Shown: piece after piece, positions 1 to 11,840 of the stretch | Layout of the letters: every line of letters starts with the position of its first letter | How positions within the stretch are numbered: the first letter of the stretch is position 1 | Source of the DNA: Trichinella spiralis | Lineage: Eukaryota | Direction: 5' to 3' | Assembly: GCF_000181795.1 (NCBI RefSeq) | Contig: NW_003526945.1 | Coordinates: 4,911,282 to 4,975,281 of the forward strand | DNA length: 64,000 nt | Made by a program: the position numbers and the translations under genes | The notes under the pieces: model-generated | The model's database searches: none | The model's input: only the letters and a program-made list of their open reading frames with translations | Told to the model about the DNA's origin: nothing

Positions 1-350
1 GGGACGTAAAATACAGGAAGAAATACAGTTAGGCAAACAGTTATCAATAAAATAATGACTGTATTTTCTTGCATTATATTAGTGTAAAATATTTTTGATA
101 ATGAACATTTTTCCTGTGACGACAGAATTAATAATATTTATATTATAAATAATCAATAATTAATATTTATGTAAATATCGATTGAGAAACATTCACTGTT
201 TATAAACTTTAAATTAAAGCACATTTGTTTTAATGTAATTTTGAAGCAACTAAAAGTTTAAATAAGATCGGCTTTAGCTTTAATTTCTTTCAACAGCAAT
301 TCTTTTGTTCTGAGCAGGCTTACCGAAAGCGGTGAGAAATCGAAGCGAGA

Positions 351-1327
351 ATGTCGGAAAATTTGGAAATATTTGACTCCATGGTTTATTGTTGGGGTTC
401 CGTTCAACTGATGTGGTTTGTTTTTGTTAAAGAAGTCGATCTTCCACCTCGATATGCTGAGAAAGGTATTAATTAATACAGTAATGAAAATCTCTTCTAA
501 GAGAAAGATATTTACCGAAGTCCACTTTCAGTGGGAAAAAAGCCGCACGGATCCAGCGGCCCGATTATGACAGGCATAGAATCAACATCAGTAACGATGG
601 GCATGGAAATGACTGATGTGCCCTACAATGTCACCAATGTTATTTCCGCCCCAAATTTTAAGTGCCTTACTGCAGCTGCCGCATTCATTAATGGTAACAT
701 TAAGCAAATACGAACGATCATCATCTATTTGATAATATGCTAATTATTTTCATAAGGATACCAAGGTCCAGTAAAAGTAGGACAGAATGCTTTGAACATC
801 AAAATAGACGGAGGTTTGAGCTTAACAAATGCAGCATTTGAAAAGCATGAAAAATTTCAGTCGCTCGTTGCTGAAAGTGGATATAATATTGATAAAACCT
901 ACAAGTATGAATGAAATTGTCATAAACAGATTCAACAATCGTTTTTAAAATAATTTTAAATAAAATTTATATTTGTATACTCACATATGAAAATTTTAAT
1001 CACTTTTCTTAATATACATAATAATATTTATAAACTTATATACATCAATCCTAAAAGATATGAAGAATTTATGCATTTTTTAGAACTGTTGCCGAATTTT
1101 CAGCAGAAAGCAGCTTGGAGACGCGCCTTGAGGTCACTTTGGAGTCATTGAGAAAAACTTTTCCGGGTACTTGGCAAGATGCAGTGGCAATATTTGTGGA
1201 AAAATCTCTGCACAGCATTTTGGAAATCGTAACCATCAATGATCCCGTTCCGTTGGAAACTTATGCTGTTATTGGACGACCAGCTTCTGTAGAGGATGAT
1301 GACGACGACGACGACGACGACGAATGA
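351..1327 (+). CDS. Histidine phosphatase superfamily (Sts-1/UBASH3/PGM-like) pseudo-enzyme, tandem copy 1, about 222 aa, poly-Asp C-terminal tail
   Basis: Four exons (351-465, 532-693, 757-904, 1084-1327) join in frame across GT-AG introns. The motifs LPPR..GPI, VISAPNFKCLTAAAAFING, LNIKIDGGL, GYNIDKTY and AVAIFVEKSL are colinear with Sts-1 LPQR..API, VYCSPSLRCVQTAHNILKG, LKIRVEPGL, SVDTTY and ILIVAHASSL. No RHG motif. The gene model is solid; the family call is by eye. Confidence 0.7.
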
Positions 1328-1627
1328 AGTTCAAAATGCATAATTTACTGATCGGATATCTTATTATCCATCTTATTATCACATTTATAATTTTTCATTT
1401 ATGATGCTAATTATTTTCTTAAATTTGAAAATATTTCAAATTATCAAATTGCAGATAAAATAGTTTCAACTTTTACTTTCCATGATGCCATAATTGATGA
1501 TAATAACGGAAAAATAAATTATTTTTATAATAAATATTAATAAAATATTATAAAAATTGTTGTTGCTTTTACTTGATTGCGTGTACTGTAAAAATGTTTT
1601 TTTACTTTCACTTAACTAATGAGTTGT

Positions 1628-1641
1628 GTTGCCATGGCAAC
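1628..1641. promoter_or_regulatory. Perfect palindromic X-box (RFX/DAF-19 site) GTTGCCATGGCAAC
   Basis: Exact match to the RFX consensus GTTNCCATGGNAAC. The paralogous position in the second duplication unit carries GTTGTCATGGCGAC. Confidence 0.55.
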
Positions 1642-2947
1642 GCAACTTTTAGTCGATTAAAAGTAAACCGCCCGCCCGCCATTTTGCCCAACTTTTTTTC
1701 TTCCTGGTCAAAAAATTTTCGTTATTCCCTCAACAGCAATCTATTCTTCCTTATGTTGCAAATTTTAACTGATAATACTCAGCTCCAACTGCTGAAAAAC
1801 CGGTTTTCCGGTGGGTCGATGCTGATGAAACGATGATGAAATCTTTGATTAAAAACACCATTTAAATAATAATAACAACAAATATAAATAATAATAATAA
1901 TAGTAATAAATGTATCTATGGTGTAGGAACTTTTGAAATAAATTTTTTACATCTTTGTTTTAGATGGATAGGAATATTCACATTAATGTACTGTTGTTGT
2001 TGTTGTTGTTAGTAATAATTGAAACTGATACTCTATGACAGACAGTATTTGTGGAAAAAAGTGAAACTAATTTGAAATGAAAAATTCAAAATAATTCACG
2101 TGGAAAATACAAATTTTTCAAATTAATGCGTTTCAACAGAACCAATACTATTTTTATTCAGAAAATATTCTCCGTCTCTGACAATATTGCTATGCTTTGT
2201 ATGCTAATTTGTCAACAATTAATTGTTCTACTTGCATTCCATTTATAAGTGCTTTTCACTTGAAAAATGGGCTCTCACATGACATGATACCTGTGCCATG
2301 ATATAAAAGCTTTTATTATATGTGCCACTGGTAATGTGATCCCCAATGTACGAATGTTCACTTCCAAGAATCCCTGTTGCCAAATAAACTATCTGCTACA
2401 GAAGGATTGACTTCAAAAATTTGAATAATGCAAAAAGTATAACTAGCTTGTTTGTTATCGGCACTTCTAACAGACGCTCAAATAAATGCCGTTAATTTGC
2501 CATACAAGAGATTGAGAAATATTCAAATAACTTTGAAATGACTAGATACAAAATCAAATGGCCGAACTCGTTTTTTTGCATTTGTGAAAATTAGGGAGGT
2601 TAAATAAGAGTTCAGAAAAGACATTAATGCAAAAAGCTGTCATTTAATTATAAGCTGTATTTTCTTTAATAATATTAATAAATATATTTTTGATAATAAA
2701 TATTATTCAGTTGCATTGAAATTAATATAATATTTTGTAATATATTATATAAATATTAAATATTAAAAGACGTATATTTATATAAATATCGATTGAAAAA
2801 CCTTTAATGTTTGTAGGTAAATGCATTAACTTTAAATTAAATAACATTTATTTTAATGTCACTTTAAAGTAAATAAACGTATAAATACGATAGGTTTTAA
2901 GTTTTTTTTTATTCTACAAAAATTCCTTTGTAGTGAGCAGACACAGC

Positions 2948-3938
2948 ATGTCTAAATCTAATTCAAGAACTTTCAACACGTTGTCGTTTTGCTGGGAGCC
3001 TGGAATAAGGATGCAGTTTATTTTTGTTGAAGAAAACGATTTTCCATTTTTAAATGTTCGTGCAGGTAATCACTAATACAGTAGAAAACCTTTTTCTCAA
3101 AAAAAAGTTTTTACCGTAATTTGAATTTAGAAACGAACCAGGCAAGTGATGGAAAATCTCCCCACTCGACTGAGACAGAAGGAACATCACAAGCACAAGC
3201 ATCATATAATGCGCGTTTATGTGATGCCTGTGAGGTCATTTGTGCCCCGAGTGTCTCATGTCTTATTGTAGCTGATAATTTTATCAATGGTAACATTGTG
3301 CTAATAGAAATGATTTTCATCATTTGAAAATTTGATAATTATTTTCGTTAGGATTGCAAAAGTGCCTAAAAGATGAAATGATAGATTTGAAAATAAAAAT
3401 TGAAGGTGGATTCAGCAAGACTGTCGAGGGGTATTATTTGTACAAACAGTTTCGATCACTGGTTGTTGGACATGGATATAATGTTGATGAAACCTACGAG
3501 TATGAATGAAATTTTTATAAATATACTTTTAAATATTTCTAATTTGAATAAGTTTCAATAAAATTTATCTTTCGTTTGTTCACATCAATTTCAAAGTTCT
3601 TGTCTGTTTTGTATGCATTCATAATGATCTTTATAAAGTGAAACAAAGCAGTTGTGAAACGAAATGGAAAATTTATGCAATATTTTAGGTCTTCACTTCA
3701 ATCTCCAGAAAACAGTAAAATTGACCCGTATATTAATCTTGTTTGGCGCGTAAACATGACATTCTTATCCCTTCAAAATAAGTATTCAAGTTCAGAATAT
3801 AAAATGGTCATTGTATTCGTGGACAAATGTTTGGAGAGCGTGTTGAAAAACGCATATTTTATGCCACTGGCACCTCTCGAACCGCGTATATCTCCTGTTG
3901 GAGATCCTTCGTTGGATGCGGAAAAAAAAGAAGAATGA
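2948..3938 (+). CDS. Histidine phosphatase-like pseudo-enzyme, tandem copy 2, about 224 aa
   Basis: Exons 2948-3065, 3131-3289, 3352-3499 and 3689-3938 have the same intron positions and phases (1,1,2) as copy 1. Motifs VICAPSVSCLIVADNFING, LKIKIEGG, GYNVDETY and MVIVFVDKCLE are present. Confidence 0.7.
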
Positions 3939-4127
3939 AGATAGCAGTACGATCAACGAAAATCTACTGATCAGATATTTATTATCCATCTCATTATTTT
4001 CACTCTTATTATATTTACAATTCATGTTTTATGATGAAAATTGTTTTTTTCGATCGAATGTATTTCCAAAAATGACATTTACAATATTTTTTCCTCACAA
4101 TTATATTAATCAAAATCATCACATTTA

Positions 4128-4166
4128 TAATAAAATAAAATAAAATAAAATAAAATAAAATAAAAT
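4128..4166. repeat. (AATAA)n pentanucleotide microsatellite
   Basis: Run of aaaataaaataaaata... seen directly. Confidence 0.85.
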
Positions 4167-4485
4167 AGTGTTTTGCTTGTTTTCATGCGCATAAGCTATG
4201 CTAAATGCTGAAAATTAATAAAGGGATGGTCCAGTTCGCGCCAAATTTTGACCTAATTTTCTTATCGGTCGTTGAAAGCGCTATGTTATTGGACCTTCGG
4301 GCTGTGTAAAAATATTCATTGCTCGAGAACTATGTGAAGATGAGAACTGCACCAAACCGCTGAAAATTAATAAAATATTTCCATAATAAATATGGATATA
4401 CAACTGCAATAATTGATGCAATATTCGTATAATTATCTGTACTGTAATGTTGTTTTTTTTTAATTTCATTAAACGCGTGGGTTGT

Positions 4486-4499
4486 GTTGTCATGGCGAC
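4486..4499. promoter_or_regulatory. X-box-like element GTTGTCATGGCGAC, about 1 kb upstream of TMEM107
   Basis: Paralogue of the 1628-1641 X-box and a near-consensus match. Confidence 0.4.
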
Positions 4500-5378
4500 G
4501 GAAATTTCAGTCAAAACGACCCGCCATTTTGTTTATCTTTTCTTCTATATAGTCAAAATTTTCGTTGTTCACCAAAATGAAACTTATTTTTACTTTTGTC
4601 ACAAATTTCAACTAATAATACTCAGCTCAAAGTGCTGAAAAACCGGTTTTTCAGTGCCTCAGTGCTACTAATTTCATCTTCGATTATAAATCTCAATTTA
4701 CATAAAAATAATAATAATCATAATCATAAAAATAGCTGAGGTATAGTGAAATTAGGTCAACCGCTGTTTGAATATTAGCTGACAACTTTGGAATCTGTTG
4801 TCTGAAAACACAGTTTCGAAAAACGTTTTGATCGTTTGGCAGAGATTTATATCACTATCAATTTGATACATGTTTTATGGTAAAGTTTTGAAAATTTGAA
4901 ATTTATGCGTGCGCTTTTGCGGCAAAAAAAACCACTGTAACCACTTGGAGCAGAGAAAATTTTGGTTGTTGCAAATTTTGACCGATATTTTATGCACACA
5001 ATGCTGGTGCTATTTTGTAAAAAATCGGTTGCTCATCTAGGCAATTATTTCACTGAAATAAAAATTGCCGGAAATTTGTTCAATTTCTGCCAAAATACAC
5101 ATATTAATAAATAAACATTTACAATTTATGTTTTTTTGTCAAGTTACAGTAACATTTTTACAGTATGAGTTTGAAAATTTTTTTTGATTTATTTGTTTAC
5201 TGTAGTACTGTTTAAAAAATTAAAAATACACAGTAACAAAAAAAGAATAACTGGATGAACATTGGCATATTGTTTTTGATTATAATTTCAGTCCGTGATA
5301 TTTTTATGTCCGTTTTAATTTTTCCAATTTGCTGTGGTTGTTCCATTGCTGGCCTTTGATAAGTGAGCATCGATTATC

Positions 5379-5410
5379 ATTGCCTAGACAACGGCCGTTT
5401 CCAAGGCAAC
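5379..5410 (+). promoter_or_regulatory. Tandem X-boxes (ATTGCCTAGACAAC 5379-5392; GTTTCCAAGGCAAC 5397-5410) in the TMEM107 proximal promoter
   Basis: Two 14-bp RFX-like half-palindromes lie about 70-120 bp upstream of the candidate ATGs of a ciliary gene, the usual position for DAF-19 X-boxes in nematodes. Confidence 0.75.
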
Positions 5411-5478
5411 TGACTGGTGACAAGCATCATAAAGGAAGACAGTTTGAGTCGGTTTTTCATGATCTGCTTCAAAATTCC

Positions 5479-6352
5479 ATGCGACTGTTCATGATGTCGA
5501 TGATAATACAAAAATTGATCCCGGCACGCTTTCTGCTCATGACCGCCCATGTTGTAATCACAGTCTGTATCATTTGGTCACGGGTAAGTGGAAATTATTG
5601 AAACAAGTCCAGACATTTGCATGTCTGTTGTGTATGTTGTTCAAAATATATATGTTTTTTTTCTTTCATTTTCACAGGACATGAATGTTATTGCTGGGCT
5701 TCCGGACAAGTACTCGCCGGACGATTACAGTCGCAAAGATTTCGAGTAATAATTTTATCACTGACACGCTGAAATTGCAACACTGAACAGAGCTGATTTT
5801 TAGGTTCACCATTGCACTGTGTTTGTCGTTTGCTTGCTTTTTTGTTGAATACGTCGGATTTTTATGCGGGATTTCCATGTTCATACCGGCATGTGCTTTT
5901 TTCTGTAAGTATTACAATGAAATACCATTTTGCAATTTGTTATTATTATTATTATTATATAGTACAATGAAAAATGAGTATTTATTTATTTATGCTGTTT
6001 CCATTTCACTATCATCATGAATAAATTTTTCTGCTAGATGTCTCTTCTTCTTTGGCATTGTTGTTGTTATTTATATATTTTTTTTATTTGTTAGTTAGTT
6101 TGCTTTATTTTTTCCATTTCATATCCACAGAAAGGAAAAAAAGAGAGAAAATTATTTTTCACTTTAGCATCAACTGTTCACTTTGTATCCACGTTGATTT
6201 TGGTTGCCTTCATCTTCGGCGAGTGGTCGTCCAGCGTTTATTGGTACATATGGGCGTTTTGTTGTGCCCTGCCGGCCGCGGTCGAACTGGTAGTCGTTTT
6301 GAAAACACTGCTGCTACATTCCGCTTCTTGGACCACGCCCTGCTGTAGGTAG
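5479..6352 (+). CDS. TMEM107: Transmembrane protein 107 (ciliary transition zone, MKS module)
   Basis: Exons 5479-5583, 5678-5745, 5804-5904 and 6168-6352 splice to ...LIPARFLLMTAHVVITVCIIWSRDMNVIAGLPDKYSPDDYSRKDFEFTIALCLSFACFFVEYVGFLCGISMF...FIFGEWSSSVYWYIWAFCCALPAAVE. This matches the TMEM107 pattern (LVPSRFLTLLAHLV..WSRD..GFLSGVSMF..YWYIFVFCSALPA). The start could be the ATG at 5479, 5491, 5494 or 5500. Confidence 0.92.
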
Positions 6353-7042
6353 TAGTGATGGAAATTTTCCATTGCGTTCAGGTAAAAAAGATGTTCGTCC
6401 ACTCACAACGGACCACTCGGTCTCGCGTGCAACAAATCGTACAAGCGGCATTGAGGTGTGCTTGTTGATTGAACTTTGGCTGAAAAAAGGGAGGAAATGT
6501 TCGCTTGATTACCGACGTTATTCTGTTTCACTATTCTACAAGTGCACGGACGGATCTTCCACATGAAGCAGGATGTGAAAAGCAAGAGCAAAAATAATAA
6601 AGAAAAATATCAATATCCTGCCTGTGTTTGTAGTAGTAGATGTGGTGTGTAAATTGAACAACGACGAAGAAAAGCTGCAAAAGTATAATTAATACATCAT
6701 TTATTTGCATAATATTAAGCGATGCAACCCAAGGAAAGTAACGTGTAAACAACTGTTGTTATTCGAGGAAATGTGTCGCTTGTTGCGCATCTTGTTCACG
6801 CTTTGTCGCCAACTGATTGAAAATGACCACTTCGTGATTGCATGATCAACAACAGAAAAAATAATAAGTGGAAAAACAGCAATGATATATAAACAATCAA
6901 CACTGAACTGTTATTGGTGTTCAATTAAATTATCAAAGTATACTCGTCAACGATGCAGCTCAATAATGCACGTAGATAATGATGATATGTGTGGATGAAG
7001 TAGAATAAATAAATAATCTGTGGACAGATGCGAGAAGAAATT

Positions 7043-10000
7043 TCACATTTTTGGAGTTTTGTCACTCATCCGTTGCTTCAAACTTTCCAACAACTTGCCC
7101 CGAGCTTCCAACGCATCTTGACCAACTTCGGCTATCAAATTCGGCGGCAGTCGCCTCCTCAGCCTAGCGTTCAACAAATCCTGCGCTTCTTCACAAGCAT
7201 CAGCAGCGTGCTGTTCGGGCTCGACATCATCCCGCACCGCGGACAAAATCGACCGTTGTGCAGAACCACCGCCACCGCCACCGCCACTGACGTCGACAAA
7301 ATCCACCTCCTGGTAAACATGCTGGCGACAAAGCACCGACACGTCAGCTTGTCGAGAAGCTGGCAGTTGAAAGTTGACAATACAGTCGATGGACACTTGG
7401 GCGGACGGAAAAGCGGCCACTTTTGCCGCAGATTCTTGCAAAAAATTGCCACAAACCCCGTCCTGGTTCAGAAACAGCCCAATGCTGTCTTCCAAGCTGA
7501 CGAGGGGGAAAAATCTGGTCAACACGTCGCTGCTTCTGAAAGATCGAAAAAATCCCGACGACTTCATCTCGTCCAATCTCAAGCAAGTTTTGTGCTCAAC
7601 TGCGGTCGACTGTCTGTCTCGGTCCACGTGCCGAACCACTGGGCCACCGCCTGTGATGCAAATGATGTTCATTTTGGAAAATTATTAAAAATCTCCTCCC
7701 TCCCCTCCCCCACTACCATTGAACATGCCTCACCTTTCGCATCGTATCGTTGACCGTTCTTCGACAAATCACGACACCGTTTCAAATGACGCTTGACATT
7801 GATCAGCACGTCACTGTCCTGCTGACGGCACTGTTCCAACTTTTGCTTGCGTTCCAATTCTTGCTTTTCAATGGCGTCGACACGAAGCTTCGAATTCGGT
7901 TCCAGGGTCGCAATTTGCAAGCACAACTGTTCCATGAGACCCGGAGCCGACTTGCAAGCCCGTTCGGGACTGATATGCTGAATGGCCGTGTAAATCGACT
8001 GCACATACGGTGACAATTGTTCACTGGCGTTGACCAACTGTTGCAACTGTTGTCGAAATTCGATCACACTGGTGATGTGATTCTGGAAATTTGCATAATT
8101 TTACAAAGCAGAAGAAAAAGAACCAAAACCAAAACTGACTTTGTACATTTCTTGTTGTCGACGAACGTGGTCGAGTTCCTCTTCCCAGATTCGTTGGAAA
8201 AGCGGCTGCAAGTCGTCGACCACGCTAGAATGAGCACCGAGGTCAACTTTGAGCTTCTGACATTGCAACTTAAGATCGTTGAACTTCTGGCAGTCGATCA
8301 GACATTTCCGTCTGGTAACATCCCGTTGTAGTTCAACCGCTTGTTGGACAATTTGGGAAAATTGTCCACGACATTTCTGAAACATTCCACAATTTTTAAT
8401 TCTTATTCCCTCCCATTCGCAGAGTTATCAACGAAAAATGGAACCGAATGGAAGAGAACAATTACCGCGAGTTCGGATTCGATTTTTCCAAATTCTTTGG
8501 AAAATGCGCAACTGGACGAACATCTGCCGAGACGATAATCTTGCATTGGAGGAGGATATTTGGTGGTCGAAGAACCGGACGACTGGGATCCGTTGAGCGA
8601 AGAAAAATAGCCGGAAGACGAAAATGAGCCCGCCGACGAACCGCCACTACCTTTGGAATTATAATAACAAGAAGAAGAAGAAGAAAAAGAAAAAGAAAAA
8701 GCAGAAGGAACAGGAGGAGCAGGAGGAGGTGGAGGAGGAGTAGAACCGTTGTTGCCAGTTGCGGACGAGGTGCCAGAGGAGCATTTCAAATTCGACGGCA
8801 ATATGACCGAACCAATACCGAACTGTTCCAACGCTCTGAAAAAAAGGCATCCCACACATGAGACAAACCCATCCCCTGATTGCAGTGCGAAATTTGGCAT
8901 ACTTTGAAAATTCATCCGACAAATTGTACAACGGCACCAGTTCCGGTCGACGGCCGACCGACGAATTTGCATTCGAAAGCATCGTTTCAGTGGTTGCAAT
9001 GACGTGAGGTACGAACGACAAGTAGTGCAACTTGTCGGGCAACGATCTCAAAAAGCTGATGAACAAACTGCAACGCTGCAAGCTGGACGACAACTGCAAC
9101 AATTTGCGTCTCGTTTCTTTCAGACGTTCTTCAGTTTCGGACGATTTTCTGAAAATCACACATGCATACCATACATACGAAAAGTTTGCCAACGCTGCGC
9201 TCGAACAAGCACAAACTCACCGGAGAATTTCATCAAGGAGACGATCCCTGGTAACGACGACCGCTTCGATCATTTTCTGACAAAATATGCGAATCTCGTT
9301 CTGCTGAGAAGCTTTCCTCTTGCAACACTCTTCCAACAGCAACTCCAGCACGTCGATCTCGTCGGTCACTTCGGCTTCGGCTTGCAAAAGTCGCTTCAAC
9401 AGAAAAAAACATCAACCAAATTCGCTCAGCTTCTTCTTTCTCTCTTCCCTCTCCCCTCCCCTCACATTCAAGTGTGAAATTTGTTAGATTATAAAATTAA
9501 GATTAAAATTTAAAAAAAACATCAAAAATCAAAATTATACTTCGAAAAGCAAATCGAACTTCTCTTCGGCTTGATCGTACGCTGACAAAGCGTCGACGAA
9601 GCACAGCCGACTCTCGGCCGAAGAAGCTTCAACGCAACGCTGACAAGCCAACAGGCCAGTCTCGAAAGAGAACAATTCTTTGCGTTCACCGTGCGTTGCT
9701 AAGCGAAAAAAAATATTCACAAAACACCAAAACAAACAAACAAACAAAACAACATACTGCATATTTCATCATCATTGCTTTCAATTGCTGGCAGTTGGCC
9801 AGATTTCAATATCACCTTGTGGGAACGGAACATTTTCGCCTGATGGGTTCGAGATTTGCAACCGACGCACAGCAGCTGTTGACACGTTTGACAAAAATAC
9901 ATTGCGCTTGAAAACTGAAAATTCAATACAAAAATTCACCAACGCTTTGATTATATATATATATATATATGTATATACAATCGGTTCGGACAATATCTTC

Positions 10001-11840
10001 GATTTACCTTGCAGTCGCAGTTGGCGCACGCCTCTTCGGAATTCACGCACGAAACAAGCAACAGGCCAATCAATTCATCCAATTTTGATCTGCTGGTACT
10101 GAATGGGGTTTTTTTCCTTAAAAAACAAACGATTCAAATTGACGAAAATTCGTAAAATGCATTCGTTTATTAAAATCCCGCCAAACCGAGGAGGAAAAAT
10201 TTTCCAAACCAAATTTGCATATTTCTACGGTTGTTCATTTGAAAATAGTGATTGAATAAATTGCAAATGACGCGTGAAAATTTTTTCACTACACCACCAA
10301 TAACAACAACAATAACTCAATGACTCTTTTCACATTTGTTTCCTTTGACATTATGGAATTTTTATAATGCATTGAAATTTATTACAAGCATTTTATTCGG
10401 CAAAACATGAATTCCTTAAATCAATATAATCAATTTGAAAAGTGAAATGCAATGACGCTTTACAATGATCACGGTGCTGATAGGCTCATCAAACTGGAAT
10501 TTTGACCGGAAAAGCTCGTCGTGCGCAGAAAAATCAACAATCAATAATTTGACCAAACCAACAACAACAACAACAACAACAACAACACTGGAAAAATAGC
10601 AGTTAGCATTCAAGGAGAAAAAAACTACCCAAATATACTTTGCCAAGAGAAGAGGGAAAAATAATCAAAGCCAAACATAAGCATGCATATTGTTATGCTT
10701 GCACCACATTCGATGGTCGGAGAGATCAGATCACGCTTTGTCGATCGGTTAATAAGAACAGAAATTATATCGTCTTTTTCGATCGAACGCAGAATAAGAA
10801 AAAGCTATGCTTGCTTATACATATCAAATATGTATCATAAAGAACATAGTGGATGGAGAGTGGAGTGGAGGAACTTTAGTCAGCTTGCTGAATAAATGAT
10901 TCAGCTTCCAGTGTTAGATGTCGTTAAGCAGCTGCCGACTTCGCATAAAGCTGTAGCCAGTCAGCAGACACACACAAACACATACACATACACACACGCT
11001 CGGCATCCGAAAAGCGAGCATTGCACTACTGCTACATTTCTTGTTTTCGGACATCGCATGCCCAGATGACCAAACATTGCTGCTATTTTATATGATCATT
11101 CGATGAATCATCATTAGACCAATAATACTAATGCAAACAAAATGTGAATGAGCGGAAATCGTGCACGGCTAAATGAGCAAAAAAAAACAAAACTAAAAAC
11201 ACACTGGCACGCCAGACATCAATTCTTTATGCGTCATTGTTAAATATGCTATGAACAATGAATGCAACAAAATGACTCAGACCTGATTTTAAACTTGCCT
11301 ACTAAAATTTACTTTTTAAGCCAGTTTTTTCTTTCATTTATTTATATATTTTTTTTACGCTAAAATACGTTGAAATAAATATCCAATTGTGCAAGTAAAC
11401 AAAAAGATTACTGGTCGAAATAACTTTAAAACGCGTATTAAATTGCTCTTATAAATATGAAATTACGCTCAACAGAAAATTGAATGCAATCTTTACTTTA
11501 ATTCCTGGTAACGCGACTCCTTTGAAACATTCCCGACTTGATAATTTCTTTTTTTAACAAATAAACTAACAGCTGTCAAATTATGAGACTAGTAATTCAT
11601 GTGGGCTTGTGAAGTGACATGAAATAACGACAAAATCGAAAGTTCGTTCAGTTTACCCGCATTCAGCGCACATAATTTCATGACCAACGCCGACCGATCC
11701 GATACACTTTCGACAAAACACATGACCGCAGCACAACCATACGGGATCTTTGATCAATTTTGAACAAGAAGGGCATGTCAGCAAATTGCGACTGTGCAAC
11801 TGGCTCTTGAGAATTATTAATGGAGCCAGAGTGCCGAACT
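7043..11840 (-). CDS. RNF207: RING finger protein 207-like (C3HC4 RING, B-box, coiled coils)
   Basis: The RING exon (about 11657-11840, LTCPSCSKLIKDPVWLCCGHVFCRKC...MCAECG) splices in frame to the exon starting at 10116 (..DELIGLLLVSCVNSEEACANCDCK). It is followed by a B-box (YFCQTCQQLLCVGCKSRTHQAKMFRSHKVI), then THGERKELFS..LLACQRC..CFVDALSAYDQ, then coiled-coil exons to the stop at 7043. The start codon is not resolved. Confidence 0.85.
10558..10587. repeat. (AAC)n microsatellite in an RNF207 intron
   Basis: About 9 tandem aac units. Confidence 0.9.

Larger units (their letters stand above)
58..4660 (+). repeat. Diverged tandem segmental duplication (about 58-1830 vs about 2636-4660) covering the gene plus its 5' and 3' flanks
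   Basis: Shared flanks include ctgtattttct...atatttttgataat, aaatatcgattga, aactttaaattaaa..acattt, tactgatc.gatat.ttattatccatct and taatactcagctc.aa.tgctgaaaaaccggtttt. The intron starts are also shared. Confidence 0.85.

Noticed and set aside
6360..6600. GC-richer segment after TMEM107, considered as a U8-like snoRNA (as at the vertebrate locus) or an extra exon
   Set aside because: No recognisable U8 sequence or convincing C/D box pair. Probably 3' UTR of the convergent genes.
7028..9477. Long plus-strand ORFs (7028-7753, 8017-8331, 9004-9477)
   Set aside because: Antisense shadows of GC-rich RNF207 exons, with no recognisable motifs.
10640..10840. Plus-strand ORF with HAYCYAC resembling half of a RING motif
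   Set aside because: Wrong strand for RNF207 and the ligand set is incomplete. The real RING exon is at about 11657-11840 on the minus strand.
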